Positions 48,927 to 59,907 of a DNA stretch of 64,000 bases are shown one piece after another. Within the stretch, counting starts at the first letter, position 1. Every line of letters starts with the position of its first letter. Both the position numbers and the translations under genes were made by a program. A model generated the notes under the pieces. The model was given only the letters and a program-made list of their open reading frames with translations. It was not told the DNA's origin and ran no database searches. Source of the DNA: Candidatus Latescibacterota bacterium (GTDB lineage Bacteria; Latescibacterota; CBDEFO01); contig CBDEFO010000008.1 of NCBI GenBank assembly GCA_965237525.1, positions 1,600,001 through 1,664,000 on the forward strand, read 5' to 3'.

Positions 48927-50995
48927 ATGAGAGGGATTGGCAAAGTGAAGTGGTTTGGTGGTCGAAACAGAATAACCGCCCGCCACAATGACTACGGATT
49001 TATCGCCCGCGATGATAAACCAGATATATATGTGAACCGAAAGCAAGTTCGTTGTTCAGAAAGCGATTTAGACGAAGGAACACCTGTTACCTTTGAGGTG
49101 GCGATAAACCCTCGAAACGGCAAAGAGGAAGCTAAACATTTGCTCTTGTTGAAGGAAGAGACAGATTTGGAAGTTATTGCTCATTGTGCACGAAGTAACG
49201 ATGAGGACCTATGGATGCCTGTATTTGGCAAGTATCTTGTTACTCTCTCGAGCAATGAAGCTGTATCTTTGGCGGTCGAAAAGATAAATACCCTTTCATC
49301 CTGGAAAAAGGAGGATGTTGCCCTCTCTGTGCCGAAGAATATTCAATTTTCCTGTCGGGATATTCGAGAAGTCTTACCAGCTGCTGACCATCTATATCTG
49401 TGCCTCGAAATGTTGGATACTGATGCGGACACTGACATAGATCCTAGCTTACGAGAGGAGATAATTGCCACTATTGAAACATCAAATTATCGTGAAGAAC
49501 TCTGGAAGAAGGTTCCAAGTGTTCTATATGAAAATGATCCAGACATCCGAAGACGTCTTCCCCTCCAAATACATGTTAGTTGCTTGGTTAATCTAATTCT
49601 TGATTTAGAGCAACAACAAAATAGAGATATTCTATTGAGTGAGCTTCGAGAGTGTTTAGAGGAATCACGTGATGTAATTTCGGATGCCTATGAAAGCGGC
49701 ATTTGGGAACTTATCCCTGATGCCATTTTGATGGAAGACCAGGTGTGGCCTACAGCTCCTCCAGATCGGCGTATTGTTATTCTCGTGGCGCAACTCGGTG
49801 AAGAAAGCAATTTGGATAATGAAGATACCCTCTCACAAATTGGGGACGTGCTTAACGAATCTTCACGTGAAGATCGTTTATCATTAGTTCCCAGACTCCC
49901 AGATTGGGTTAAGCAACATGATGCAATCTTTGCCTTTCTACCTCCGGTTGATCAGGTCAACTCGGTATGGTCCTCAATAGAGGTCGGTTCATTATCGGGC
50001 TGGCAAAAATTATCAAGAGAAGCGAAGATTTTATCTGTCTATCGTATTGCAAAAGAGAATAAAAGTCTTCCTCTTTCTGTGTTAGAAAGTACAGAAGATG
50101 ATCCACTGGTAAAGTGTGTGCTTATTCTTCTCTGGGCTAAAGATTATCCCCTGAAAAGCTGCGCCGCGTTCGAGAGGGCACACGCATTATTCCAGGACTA
50201 TGTGGTTGATCAGGCATGTAGTTCAACCGAACCGCTGGACCTTTATCCATTACTTCCTGACTGCCGACCTAGGGTGGTTCAATACTGTGAAGGAAGACCA
50301 TGGCCAACAGACGAAGATAAGAATTCAGGCTCTGACAGAGTAACTCGTGCTTTTTGCCCCCGTACAAACAAGTCCTGTGATCCATTCAAATTTGATCCTG
50401 ATGTGGGAATGAATTGGGGAGAAGCTCGACTCTATGCTGAGTGTTCACAAAATTGGGAAGACTGGTCTTTGCTGGAACTTATCGAAGCAACAAATGTTGT
50501 ACCAAGGATTCCTGACGAATTGAAAAGCCCTGGTGAATATGTGCCAAAGCTATCAGGTTGGGTTAATCGTCTCAATGAAATTCGGGAAAGACTAAAGTGC
50601 TCTATTTGTGGACAGATGATGCCTCCCAACTATCGGTATGCTAAATATTTAGCTAGATATAACAGCACGGTCGTTTCGTGCCAAATTGGAAGCGGCCACG
50701 ATCAGGATATTTACTTAAATCACTGCTGGGCTTGCCGCGAAATAGTTGACAGCAGAGAGAGCACAATAAGGGTAGAAAAGTATTATATCTGTATTCACTG
50801 TGGAAGTGGACCGCAAGAGAGTAAAAGCTACACTCAAGGAGACATATGTCCAAAATGTGGAGCACGAGGAATGTCAGCTAGCCAATGTATAATCGAACTA
50901 GCCAAGGGTATAATCGAAATCGTGAATGTCTCTCCTGCAACCATGAAATTTATCTTCCTCCTCAACGGAAGCTAACTGGACCCCAGTCAAAATAG
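48927..50995 (+). CDS. Cold-shock-domain protein with Cys-rich multi-zinc-ribbon C-terminus; last residues frameshifted by a 20-bp duplication
   Basis: GKVKWFG...YGFI...DIYV; C-terminal CSIC, C-X4-H, HCWAC, CIHC, CPKC; removing 50878-50897 restores CLSC and a stop at 50995. Confidence 0.75.
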
Positions 50996-51025
50996 GGGTA
51001 CAGCTTCATATAATGAATGTGAGCT

Positions 51026-53497
51026 ATGGTTTCCGACAATGTAAGACCTGAAATAGGCAAAGAGCGGCTTGTGAGACTCGACATTCCCATACGCGGGATG
51101 AGCTGTGCGGCTTGTGCAAGCAGGATCCAAAAGGGTCTCGAAGCCCTGCAGGGCGTCCTTTCGGCTGATGTGAATTTTGGGACGGAGAGGGCGACCCTGG
51201 AGTTAGAGGGGGAGGTTGCAGGGACGGATAGGATAAAAAGCCTGGTTGAAGAGTTAGGATATGAGGTCGGTACAAAATCTGTAGTTCTGAATATAGGTGG
51301 GATGTCGTGCGCCGCCTGTGTGCAGAGAGTGGAGGAGGCCTTAAAGGGTGTGGAGGGCGTAACGGATGCGAATGTCAACTTCGGGACCGAGCAGGCGACT
51401 TTGGAGTATATTTCGGCTGGGATAGACGAATTGAAGAGGGCCGTTCAGGAGGCGGGATATAGCGCCGAGGAGGTATCCGATGAGGCTGTGGACGGGAAGG
51501 AAGAGGAAAAAGAGAGGGCATACAGGGGGCTTCTGAGGAGATTTGTCCTAGCTCTGTCCCTGTCTATACTGGTTATGGCGGGGACTCATCAGGGATGGTT
51601 TCCGTTTCTGGAGGACGTGCCGCGCCAAATGATATTTGTGGTGTTGTTAATCTTGACCGTCCCGATCCAGTTCTGGGCGGGGTGGCGCTTCTACGTCGGC
51701 TTTTGGAAGGCCTTGAAGCACTGGTCGGCGGACATGAATACACTGATAGCTGTGGGTACTTCGGCCGCTTTTATCTACAGCGCTGCGGCTACGTTCTCAC
51801 CTGGGCTCTTCGCGGGCGCAGGACAGGAACCTGAGGTCTACTACGATACTTCAGCGATGATCATTACGCTGATCCTTCTGGGGAGGCTCCTGGAGGCAAG
51901 GGCCAAGGCCAGAACGTCTGAGGTTATAAAGAGGCTTATGGGCTTAAGGCCGAAGACCGCAAGGGTCGTAAGGGATGGAGAGGAGTTGGATGTTCCCGCT
52001 GATGAGGTGATCGCAGGTGATATAGTAGTGGTGCGCCCCGGGGAGAAGATACCTGTGGACGGTGCGGTGGTGGACGGCTATTCGAGCGTGGACGAGTCTA
52101 TGATCACAGGTGAGAGCATCCCTGTGGAAATGACGAGGGGAAGTGAGGTCATAGGGGCTACTGTGAATAAGACGGGAAGCTTCAGGTTCAAGGCCTTAAA
52201 GGTCGGAAAGGATGCGGTTCTATCTCAGATAGTAAAGTTAGTAGAGGAGGCTCAGGGGTCCAAGGCTCCAATTCAGCGGCTTGCGGATAAGATAGCGGGG
52301 GTATTTGTGCCTCTGGTTATGTGCGTAGCCGCGGCGACCTTTTTGATATGGTATTTTGTAGGACCCGATCCTGCTTTGAGCTTTGCGGTGTTGAATTTTG
52401 TGGCTGTACTTATCATAGCGTGTCCGTGCGCCATGGGGCTGGCGACTCCGACAGCTATTATGGTGGGGACAGGAGTGGGAGCGGAAAATGGAATATTAAT
52501 CAAGGGAGGCGAGAGTCTGGAGGCAGTGCAGGGACTTTCAGTTGTGGCTCTGGATAAGACGGGAACTCTGACTGAGGGTAAGCCAAAGGTCACAGATGTG
52601 GTGCTCTTAAACGGCTTCAGTCAGGATGAAGTGATGAATCTGGCGGGGTCGGTGGAGAAAAATTCGGAGCATCCTTTAGGCGAGGCGATAAGAAGAAAGG
52701 CGCAGGAGCTAAATCTGGAACTTTCCGATGTAGAGGGATTTGAGGCGATTCCGGGAGGAGGCGTATCGGCCAAGGCAGGGGGCAAGAGGATCGTTTTGGG
52801 GGATATGAGGATGATGGAAAGATTCGGCGTTCATACAGACGGGATCGAATCTGAGGCGGATTCTCTGAGGAATCTGGGCAGGACTGTGGTATTCTTGTCG
52901 GTAGATGACAAAATCGCAGGGGTGATAGGGATCGCGGACGGCCTCAAGGACGGCTCCAAAGAGGCGGTTTCAAAGCTTCACAGTTTGGGCCTTGAGGTAG
53001 TGATGATTACGGGAGATAACAAAAAGACAGCAGCGGCTATCGCTAAGGAGGCGAACATAGATCGGGTGATGGCAGAAGTACTTCCGCAGGATAAGTCTGA
53101 TGCGGTCAGAAAACTCCAGAGCGAGGGGAAGGTCGTGGCGATGGTAGGAGACGGGATAAACGACGCTCCGGCTCTGGCTCAGGCGGACATAGGCATAGCC
53201 ATAGGGACAGGCACGGATGTGGCGATGGAGGCTTCGGATATTACCCTTATTACGGGGGATTTGAGAGGGGTAATTACGTCTATTGAGCTGTCCAGAAGGA
53301 CGATGAGGACGATAAAGCAGAATCTGTTCTGGGCGTTCTTTTACAATTCCGTGGGAATACCGATAGCGGCGGGAGTCTTGTGCCCGTTCTTGGGGATATT
53401 GCTGAATCCGATATTTGCATCGGCGGCTATGGCTTTAAGTTCGGTTTCTGTGGTGAGTAATTCTTTAAGGCTGAGGAGATTTAGATCGTCCTTTTAG
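51026..53497 (+). CDS. copA: Copper-exporting P1B ATPase
   Basis: Two GMSCAAC HMA domains, TGES, CPC, DKTGT, GDGIND, YN and MALSS Cu+ motifs. Confidence 0.95.
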   Translation: MVSDNVRPEIGKERLVRLDIPIRGMSCAACASRIQKGLEALQGVLSADVNFGTERATLELEGEVAGTDRIKSLVEELGYEVGTKSVVLNIGGMSCAACVQRVEEALKGVEGVTDANVNFGTEQATLEYISAGIDELKRAVQEAGYSAEEVSDEAVDGKEEEKERAYRGLLRRFVLALSLSILVMAGTHQGWFPFLEDVPRQMIFVVLLILTVPIQFWAGWRFYVGFWKALKHWSADMNTLIAVGTSAAFIYSAAATFSPGLFAGAGQEPEVYYDTSAMIITLILLGRLLEARAKARTSEVIKRLMGLRPKTARVVRDGEELDVPADEVIAGDIVVVRPGEKIPVDGAVVDGYSSVDESMITGESIPVEMTRGSEVIGATVNKTGSFRFKALKVGKDAVLSQIVKLVEEAQGSKAPIQRLADKIAGVFVPLVMCVAAATFLIWYFVGPDPALSFAVLNFVAVLIIACPCAMGLATPTAIMVGTGVGAENGILIKGGESLEAVQGLSVVALDKTGTLTEGKPKVTDVVLLNGFSQDEVMNLAGSVEKNSEHPLGEAIRRKAQELNLELSDVEGFEAIPGGGVSAKAGGKRIVLGDMRMMERFGVHTDGIESEADSLRNLGRTVVFLSVDDKIAGVIGIADGLKDGSKEAVSKLHSLGLEVVMITGDNKKTAAAIAKEANIDRVMAEVLPQDKSDAVRKLQSEGKVVAMVGDGINDAPALAQADIGIAIGTGTDVAMEASDITLITGDLRGVITSIELSRRTMRTIKQNLFWAFFYNSVGIPIAAGVLCPFLGILLNPIFASAAMALSSVSVVSNSLRLRRFRSSF

Positions 53498-53606
53498 GTT
53501 GTTGCTCAAATAGCCGACAACAAATATAGAGCATGGCTTGAAACAGTGCCCTTGAACTGGGGAATGGGATCTACGCCATGCTTTTTTCTATCTATAACAA
53601 AATTTC

Positions 53607-53635
53607 TTGACATTTGTTACGCTTGTAATTAGATT
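53607..53635 (+). promoter_or_regulatory. Sigma-70 promoter of the S55 peptidase operon
   Basis: TTGACA-17bp-TAGATT. Confidence 0.6.
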
Positions 53636-53861
53636 ACTCCTGTTATAGTAAGATTTTACCTGATTGTATCAGTACGTCTTACTCCTGTCTTGATCTGATG
53701 CGAGTGTTTGTTTGCTTTTTTCCGGAATTCCGCTGTTAGCAAATCTGTAAAAGCGGGCTAATTGCTGTTGTGTTTTGTATTGTCCTTCAGTTAAAGCTTT
53801 TTTCGATAAGTTGTAAGGAACCGTTTCATCGCCTGAAAACTTTCCGGAGGATTAAACTAAA

Positions 53862-55679
53862 GTGACTCTTTTTTGTCGCTTAATATTCGGCGTCTGTATA
53901 TGTACTCTGCTTTTCCACATGTCCATTGGCTGGGCGGAGGGCGACGACAACTTTATGTCAGTCGATGAGATAAGAAGGGGGATGAAGGGAAAAGGAAAGA
54001 CGGTCTTTCAGGGGACGAAAATAGAGGAGTTCGATGTGGAGATATTGGGGGTGATGAAGAATTGGAGGGCGAAGGGAGATTTAATCCTGGCGAGACTTTC
54101 AGGAGGTCCTCTGCCTTTAGAGAAGACCGGGTTGATAGCGGGAATGAGCGGGAGCCCCATATACATTGATGGTAAATTGATCGGGGCGGTAGCTTATGGA
54201 TGGAGCTTTGCAAAAGAGCCGATCGCTGGAATCACTCCCATAACTGAGATGATAGACGTTCTGGAAAGGGGCTTGGATGGGGGATATGAAGCTTCAGGAA
54301 TAGGATTGATGGGAAAGCCGGGTGAGGGCGATAGCCAGTTGAGTATATCTGAAGATATGGTGTGGAGGCATACTGGATTGAGGGGAATTAGACTGGAGCC
54401 TGTGGGGACTCCGCTGGTGCTCTCCGGCTTCGATGTACGGGCGATTGACGCTATGGAAGACGAGTTGTCTACGTTCGGTTTTGTGACTCTGCAGGGAGGA
54501 GGCGGATCTGCAGAGGAGTATGGAGACATAGTTTTTGAACCAGGGGCGGCACTGGGAATTCAGTTTGTGCGAGGTGACCTGAGCGCGACAGGCATAGGGA
54601 CTTTAACTTACAGAGACGGGGATAAAGTGTTAGGCTTTGGACATCCTGCTTTCTTGACGGGAATTACCGATATCCCTATGACGGGAGCCTACATACACGA
54701 TGTTATTTCAAGTCAGAGCCACTCTTTCAAGATCGGAGGTGCCGCGGGATTGCTGGGGTCGGTCAGGCAGGATCGCAGTCCAGGGATAGGAGGAATAATC
54801 GGAGAGATACCCGATATGGTCCCTGTAACGGTCGTGATAGGTTCGGACGAGTACAGCTTTGAGGTGATAAGGCGTAGAGATTTCGGACCGTTTTTTGTGC
54901 GGTATTCTCTGTTCAGCTCTGTTATGTCCGCTGAAAAGTTATTCGGCGATGCGACGGTGAAGGTTAAATCAAAAGTGCAATTGGAGGGACATCCAGACCT
55001 GGAGCTTGAAAATGTCTATTCGGGATCTGGGTCTTTATTTCGGTATTCGCGGTCCGGGTCTTTACTTGGGACTATCTATGAGATTTCCCAGCCACTGTTT
55101 TTGCTGGCCAAAAATGATTTTGAGAGGGTGAATCTAAAGGGGGTGGAGTTTGAGATAGATGTGGAGGAGAAGATCCAGTCGGCGAAGATCGAAAAGATCA
55201 GCGCGGATAAGGAGATCTTCAAGCCGGGAGATGAGGTGGATGTATCTGTTATCTTGAAGCCGAATCTGGACAAAAGGTTTGAGGTAAAAGGGTCTTTGAA
55301 GATACCCGAGTGGGTCTTGGATGGGAGATTGACTCTACTTGCGGGGGATGCTGGTTCAAGCCAAAGCGCTGAGATCAAAAGGGCGCCGGACAGGTACGTT
55401 CCAAGAGACCTGGACGACTTGCTGAGATTGATCTCGGAAAAAGGACGAAACGACGAGATAGTGCTTGTGCTCCTTTCACAAGATCGCGGGGTGACCATAG
55501 ACGGCAGGGAACTGCCTGACCTGCCGGGGTCCTTCCTTTCCCTGTTTGAATCGCGTAAGGAATCCGGAGAGACAAAAGCGGTAGGCGGGGCAATTTTAGA
55601 TAAACAGAAGGTAAAGACAGATTTCGTGGTGGTAGGGAGTCGAAGCTTATCTTTGACTGTGGATAGGAATGTAAGGTAG
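53862..55679 (+). CDS. Secreted SpoIVB-like peptidase S55 protein
   Basis: Signal peptide, AGMSGSP...GKLIGAVAY, GTLT, FGHP. Confidence 0.88.
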   Translation: MTLFCRLIFGVCICTLLFHMSIGWAEGDDNFMSVDEIRRGMKGKGKTVFQGTKIEEFDVEILGVMKNWRAKGDLILARLSGGPLPLEKTGLIAGMSGSPIYIDGKLIGAVAYGWSFAKEPIAGITPITEMIDVLERGLDGGYEASGIGLMGKPGEGDSQLSISEDMVWRHTGLRGIRLEPVGTPLVLSGFDVRAIDAMEDELSTFGFVTLQGGGGSAEEYGDIVFEPGAALGIQFVRGDLSATGIGTLTYRDGDKVLGFGHPAFLTGITDIPMTGAYIHDVISSQSHSFKIGGAAGLLGSVRQDRSPGIGGIIGEIPDMVPVTVVIGSDEYSFEVIRRRDFGPFFVRYSLFSSVMSAEKLFGDATVKVKSKVQLEGHPDLELENVYSGSGSLFRYSRSGSLLGTIYEISQPLFLLAKNDFERVNLKGVEFEIDVEEKIQSAKIEKISADKEIFKPGDEVDVSVILKPNLDKRFEVKGSLKIPEWVLDGRLTLLAGDAGSSQSAEIKRAPDRYVPRDLDDLLRLISEKGRNDEIVLVLLSQDRGVTIDGRELPDLPGSFLSLFESRKESGETKAVGGAILDKQKVKTDFVVVGSRSLSLTVDRNVR

Positions 55680-55693
55680 TCTGGAGGTTATAT

Positions 55694-57841
55694 ATGTTGA
55701 GGTTGCTTCACTTTGCTCGCAATGACATTGTTTGTCTTTCGGTAATGTCGCTTTTGACCTTCATTACAGCAGGGCATGTGTATCGGGCGGAAGCTGTGAC
55801 TCCGATTATATGGAAGGATAACACGCAGGGGACATTCCAGAAGGGAAAACCGGAGAATGTGACGATCACAAGCGACGGGAAATTGAAGATAGCTCCGGAT
55901 TTTGATGAGGTGGCAGATATGGGACAGGAGCACGTATGGTGCTTGGCTTATGGGAAGGATGGTATGCTATATGTGGGGACAGGAAACGAAGGCAAGGTGT
56001 TTAAGGTTTCACCAGGTGGGGAGGCTGTCCTGGTGTTTGATTCGCCTGAGGTGGGGATTCACAGTTTGGCTGTGGATAGCGAGGGGAACGTCTATGCTGG
56101 ATCTTCGCCGGACGGAATTGTATATAGGATCGGACCTGATGGGGAGGCTTCCACGTTCTGCTCGACAGGGGAAACCTACATCTGGGCTTTGGTCCTGGGT
56201 TCAAAGGGCGAACTCTTCGCAGGGACAGGTGGAGGGGGGAAGGTGATCAGGATATCAAAGGATGGGAAGGTCGAGGATGTCTATGATCCGCCGGACGGGC
56301 ACGTTATGTGCCTTATAAGTGATGGCAACGGATGGCTCTACGCTGGGACTGAAGGCGACGGTGTGGTGTATAGAATCTCGGAGGACGGCGACGTAAGGGT
56401 GCTCTTTGACGCGGATGAGAAAGAGATTCACTCACTGGCCCTAGGTGATGGCGGAATTCTATACGCCGGGGCCATTCCCGGAAAGGGAAATCCAGGAGAA
56501 GCGCATCCAACTGTGCCTCTTCAAGCGCCTCAAGCATCAGCGAGACGATCTGGGATGGAGGGATGTTCCCTCTATAAGATATACCCTTCAGGGGCGTCAG
56601 CAAGGTTGTGGAAGAGCGGTCAGCCACTGCTCTTGTCTATGCTCCGCGATGAGCACGAGGGTGGAATTTTAGTAAGCACGGGGGACGAAGGGTACATATA
56701 CTGGGTGATGCCTGACGGCAGGTGGAGTACAGTGACCAGGTTGAAGGATGCAAAGCCGTCTGTGCTCTTTCGGGGAACTGAGGGCGAAGTCTTTGTGGGG
56801 ACGAGCGGTTCGGGATCGGTCTACAAGCTGAGTTCTGGCTATTCAAAAGAAGGGACGTTTGAATCGGATGTTCACGACTTCACGATCAATTCATCGTGGG
56901 GAAGGATGACCTGGAGGGGGGTATTCCCCAAAGGTACAGAGGCCCAGTTTCAAACCAGGTCGGGGAATGTGAAAGAGGTGGACGATACGTGGAGCGATTG
57001 GTCAAATATCAAGAAGAACGGAGATCAGATTTCCAGTCCCCCCGGGAGATTTCTCCAGTATAGAGCTACGCTGACCACTTCAGATAAATCTAAAACCCCC
57101 CTTTTGGGGGAGGTCTCGTTAGCAGGGCTTCAGGAGAACTTAGTGCCCCAACTGGAGACTGTGCAACTGTATCCCTACAGGGGTAAGGGGGGCGGACTGC
57201 CGGGCAACGGCAAAATGGGACAAAGTCAGCCAGGTGGCCCTGAGGCCCTGAGACAGGGTCCTCCGGGTTCGCCAAAACCCCAGACTATGAAGAATAGCTT
57301 ATGGATGATAAAGTGGCAGGCCCACGACCCCAACGATGATGCCTTGGTGTATGACCTATTCTTTAAGGGCGCAGAAGAAAAGGATTGGAAGGTTCTAAAG
57401 GAGGATCTGAAACCACCTTTCTATATCTGGGATACAGAATCGGTGCCAGATGGGACGACCTTAATTAAGGTCTTGGCTTCGGATAGACCGAGTAATCCTG
57501 AGGATATGGCCCTTTTGTCTGAGGGGATAAGTGATCCTTTTGAAATAGACAACACACCTCCTTCGGTGGACAAGTTAAAGGCCCAGAACTTTGGAAATGG
57601 GACGATCTCTGTGAAGGGCCAGGTAGTGGATGCGACCAGTCCGGTGGTAAGGGGAGAATATTCTATAGATTCTGTTCAATGGGTGGTGTTCTTCCCTCAA
57701 GATCGTATATTTGATTCAAAGGTGGAGAGGTTTTCTTTTACTATAGATGGATTGTCCGAAGGTGAGCATACTATTGTGGTAAGAGTAAGCGATTCACTGG
57801 GGAACATGAGTGCAGGTAGGGCGATTGTGAATATTAAATAG
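55694..57841 (+). CDS. Secreted beta-propeller + Ig/FN3-like protein
   Basis: Repeated G.LYAGT..G.VY blades, C-terminal DNTPP Ig-like domain; N-terminal RLLHFARND is a translated REP (55699-55726). Confidence 0.8.
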   Translation: MLRLLHFARNDIVCLSVMSLLTFITAGHVYRAEAVTPIIWKDNTQGTFQKGKPENVTITSDGKLKIAPDFDEVADMGQEHVWCLAYGKDGMLYVGTGNEGKVFKVSPGGEAVLVFDSPEVGIHSLAVDSEGNVYAGSSPDGIVYRIGPDGEASTFCSTGETYIWALVLGSKGELFAGTGGGGKVIRISKDGKVEDVYDPPDGHVMCLISDGNGWLYAGTEGDGVVYRISEDGDVRVLFDADEKEIHSLALGDGGILYAGAIPGKGNPGEAHPTVPLQAPQASARRSGMEGCSLYKIYPSGASARLWKSGQPLLLSMLRDEHEGGILVSTGDEGYIYWVMPDGRWSTVTRLKDAKPSVLFRGTEGEVFVGTSGSGSVYKLSSGYSKEGTFESDVHDFTINSSWGRMTWRGVFPKGTEAQFQTRSGNVKEVDDTWSDWSNIKKNGDQISSPPGRFLQYRATLTTSDKSKTPLLGEVSLAGLQENLVPQLETVQLYPYRGKGGGLPGNGKMGQSQPGGPEALRQGPPGSPKPQTMKNSLWMIKWQAHDPNDDALVYDLFFKGAEEKDWKVLKEDLKPPFYIWDTESVPDGTTLIKVLASDRPSNPEDMALLSEGISDPFEIDNTPPSVDKLKAQNFGNGTISVKGQVVDATSPVVRGEYSIDSVQWVVFFPQDRIFDSKVERFSFTIDGLSEGEHTIVVRVSDSLGNMSAGRAIVNIK

Positions 57842-57860
57842 AGTTGTTGGATCGTTCTTC

Positions 57861-57945
57861 GTTAGACAAGAATGTCTGACCCACCGATACTTCTTGGGAA
57901 ACATAGGAAGTGTTTCTTGCCTACCCACGATTGAATCTATCGGGG
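57861..57945. repeat. REP-like hairpin (57861-57885) plus 21-bp palindrome copy 6 (57925-57945)
   Basis: GTTAGACA-AGAA-TGTCTGACCCACC; CCACGATTGAATCTATCGGGG. Confidence 0.75.
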
Positions 57946-57970
57946 GCTAACCGAAGAGAGGGCAGAGTCC

Positions 57971-58831
57971 TTGAGCTCCACGTTTAGCATTTTGGTGTCC
58001 GACGGGGATAGATCGCTCGAGAAGTATCTTGAGGAGATCAGAAATTGTGAACCTCTATCTTCGGGTGAAGAGCGGGATATAGCGACAAGTATAAGAAATG
58101 GGGATACGAAGGCAAGAAACAGGCTCGTACTGGCAAACTTGAGATTCGTGGTGAATGTTGCCATGCATTATCAGAATCAAGGGATATCTCTGGCAGACCT
58201 TATCAATGAGGGAAATGTAGGGCTGATTACGGCAGCGGAAAGGTTCGATGGTAATAAGGGCTTTAAGTTCATCTCGTACGCTGTGTGGTGGGTACGTCAG
58301 GCAATATTGGGTGCCTTGGCAGAGCAGACCAGGATAGTCAGGATGCCTTTGAATAAGGTAGGCCTGTTGTCTAAGATCTTCAATACGTCAAGTCTACTTC
58401 AGCAGGAGATGAATGGGAAGGTGGACATAGGGGAGATAGCTCAGGAGTTGAATATCCCGGAAAAACAGATAGAGGACGTCCTGACAAGCGCTCTGAGGGC
58501 TTACTCCTTGGATGCATCGTTGGGAGGTGACGACGAGAGGATCTTGATGGATGTGTTAGAGGACGAGGCGCAGGAACTTCCAGATGCTCTTTTGATGGGG
58601 AACTGTCTGGCTCAGGATTTAGCGGAAGTTCTAGACACCTTAGAGGAGCGAGAGGCGGAGATCATAAGGCTCTATTTCGGTCTGGGCGACATAGAGCCCC
58701 TGACTTTGGATCAAATAGGCGAACTTTATGGGCTGACAAGAGAAAGGGTCAGGCAGATAAAGGAGCGAGCGTTAAATAGACTGCGACATCCGGTCAGGTC
58801 TAAAAACCTTAGACCTTATGTGGAGAGCTAA
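57971..58831 (+). CDS. RpoD/SigA-family sigma-70 factor lacking region 1.1
   Basis: NLRFVV, DLINEGNVGL, FISYAVWWVRQ, LTRERVRQIKE. Confidence 0.93.
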   Translation: MSSTFSILVSDGDRSLEKYLEEIRNCEPLSSGEERDIATSIRNGDTKARNRLVLANLRFVVNVAMHYQNQGISLADLINEGNVGLITAAERFDGNKGFKFISYAVWWVRQAILGALAEQTRIVRMPLNKVGLLSKIFNTSSLLQQEMNGKVDIGEIAQELNIPEKQIEDVLTSALRAYSLDASLGGDDERILMDVLEDEAQELPDALLMGNCLAQDLAEVLDTLEEREAEIIRLYFGLGDIEPLTLDQIGELYGLTRERVRQIKERALNRLRHPVRSKNLRPYVES

Positions 58832-58921
58832 ACTAAAACAAGTAATGATATAGTTTTGTAGCTTGATCAATTCATCTGTCCACGCTCATCCATCGGGATG
58901 AGTATTTTTCATCATATTGTT

Positions 58922-59325
58922 TTGAGCCTTTCAGACAAAATTTTATCGGCATATTCTCGGGAATCCTTGTAGGCATAATCCTCTCTTTGGGCGACTTTTA
59001 CAAAGGGCCTGTAGAGGGGATTTTAGCTTACTATAGGTACTTTCTTCATAAGGCTTTTGAAGATGATCATTATGCCTTTGATCCTGGCGTCTATGATCAC
59101 GGGGGGTTCCAGCTTAGGGGATATCAGGAATCTAGGGACTATGGCTATCGTGTTTAAAGCCGTGGGACTCCCGCTGGAAGGGATAGGTATCATATTAGCT
59201 GTAGATCGCGTATGCTATATGTGCAGGACTTCATTAACGTGTGGGGAGACTGTATAGGAGCTGCGGTCGTGGCAGAGAGCGATAGCAAGATGGAGGGGAA
59301 AAGGGCTGAAGATAAGGAAGTCGTA
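58922..59325 (+). pseudogene. Dicarboxylate/amino acid:cation symporter (GltP/DAACS) remnant with a large internal deletion
   Basis: N-terminal LKMIIMPLILASMITG..SLGD is joined directly to C-terminal AVGLPLEGIGIILAVDR..MCRT. Confidence 0.8.
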
Positions 59326-59383
59326 GGTGTTAAATAATGCGTCTATAAGGTGAAAAGACAGGCTCTCCGAGATTTGAAATAGT

Positions 59384-59404
59384 CCCCGATTGAATCTATC
59401 GGGG
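59384..59404 (+). repeat. 21-bp palindrome copy 7
   Basis: Exact consensus. Confidence 0.9.
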
Positions 59405-59419
59405 ATGTAGGGGTTTTTT

Positions 59420-59845
59420 ATGACATTTGAATATTTTGACCACGAAGCAGATGTTGGAGTAATAGGAATAGGAAAGACATTAGAGGAGGCGTTTGAAGAA
59501 GGGGCTAAAGGTGTGATGGAGTTGATGGCTGATGTTGAAGGTATAGATGTGGACACGGAGATGGATTTCGAGTGCAGAAGCGTCGATTTAGAAGCACTCT
59601 TTGTGGATATGATAAATGATCTTTTAGCCTGGAGGGATATAGAAGGAGTATTCTTGGCGAGTGTAGACGTGTGGGTGATTGAGGAGGTAGAGGACGGTTG
59701 GAGGTTGGGGGGGACGTCGTACAGTGGGAAGATGAACAGGGAGAAAGGCGAGTTCAGAAGCGAAGTAAAAGCTGCCACGCACTGCGGGTTCGTGCTTGAA
59801 AAAGGCGATGGAGAGTACAAAATAGGTTGCGTTGTGGATGTTTAA
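59420..59845 (+). CDS. Archease
   Basis: FEYFDHEADVG, LEEAF, EVKAATH, terminal VDV. Confidence 0.92.
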   Translation: MTFEYFDHEADVGVIGIGKTLEEAFEEGAKGVMELMADVEGIDVDTEMDFECRSVDLEALFVDMINDLLAWRDIEGVFLASVDVWVIEEVEDGWRLGGTSYSGKMNREKGEFRSEVKAATHCGFVLEKGDGEYKIGCVVDV

Positions 59846-59907
59846 GGAGCGCAGCAGACATCAACAGTCCAAAGCACAATGTTAGATAGGGAAAAGTAAA
59901 GACAACT

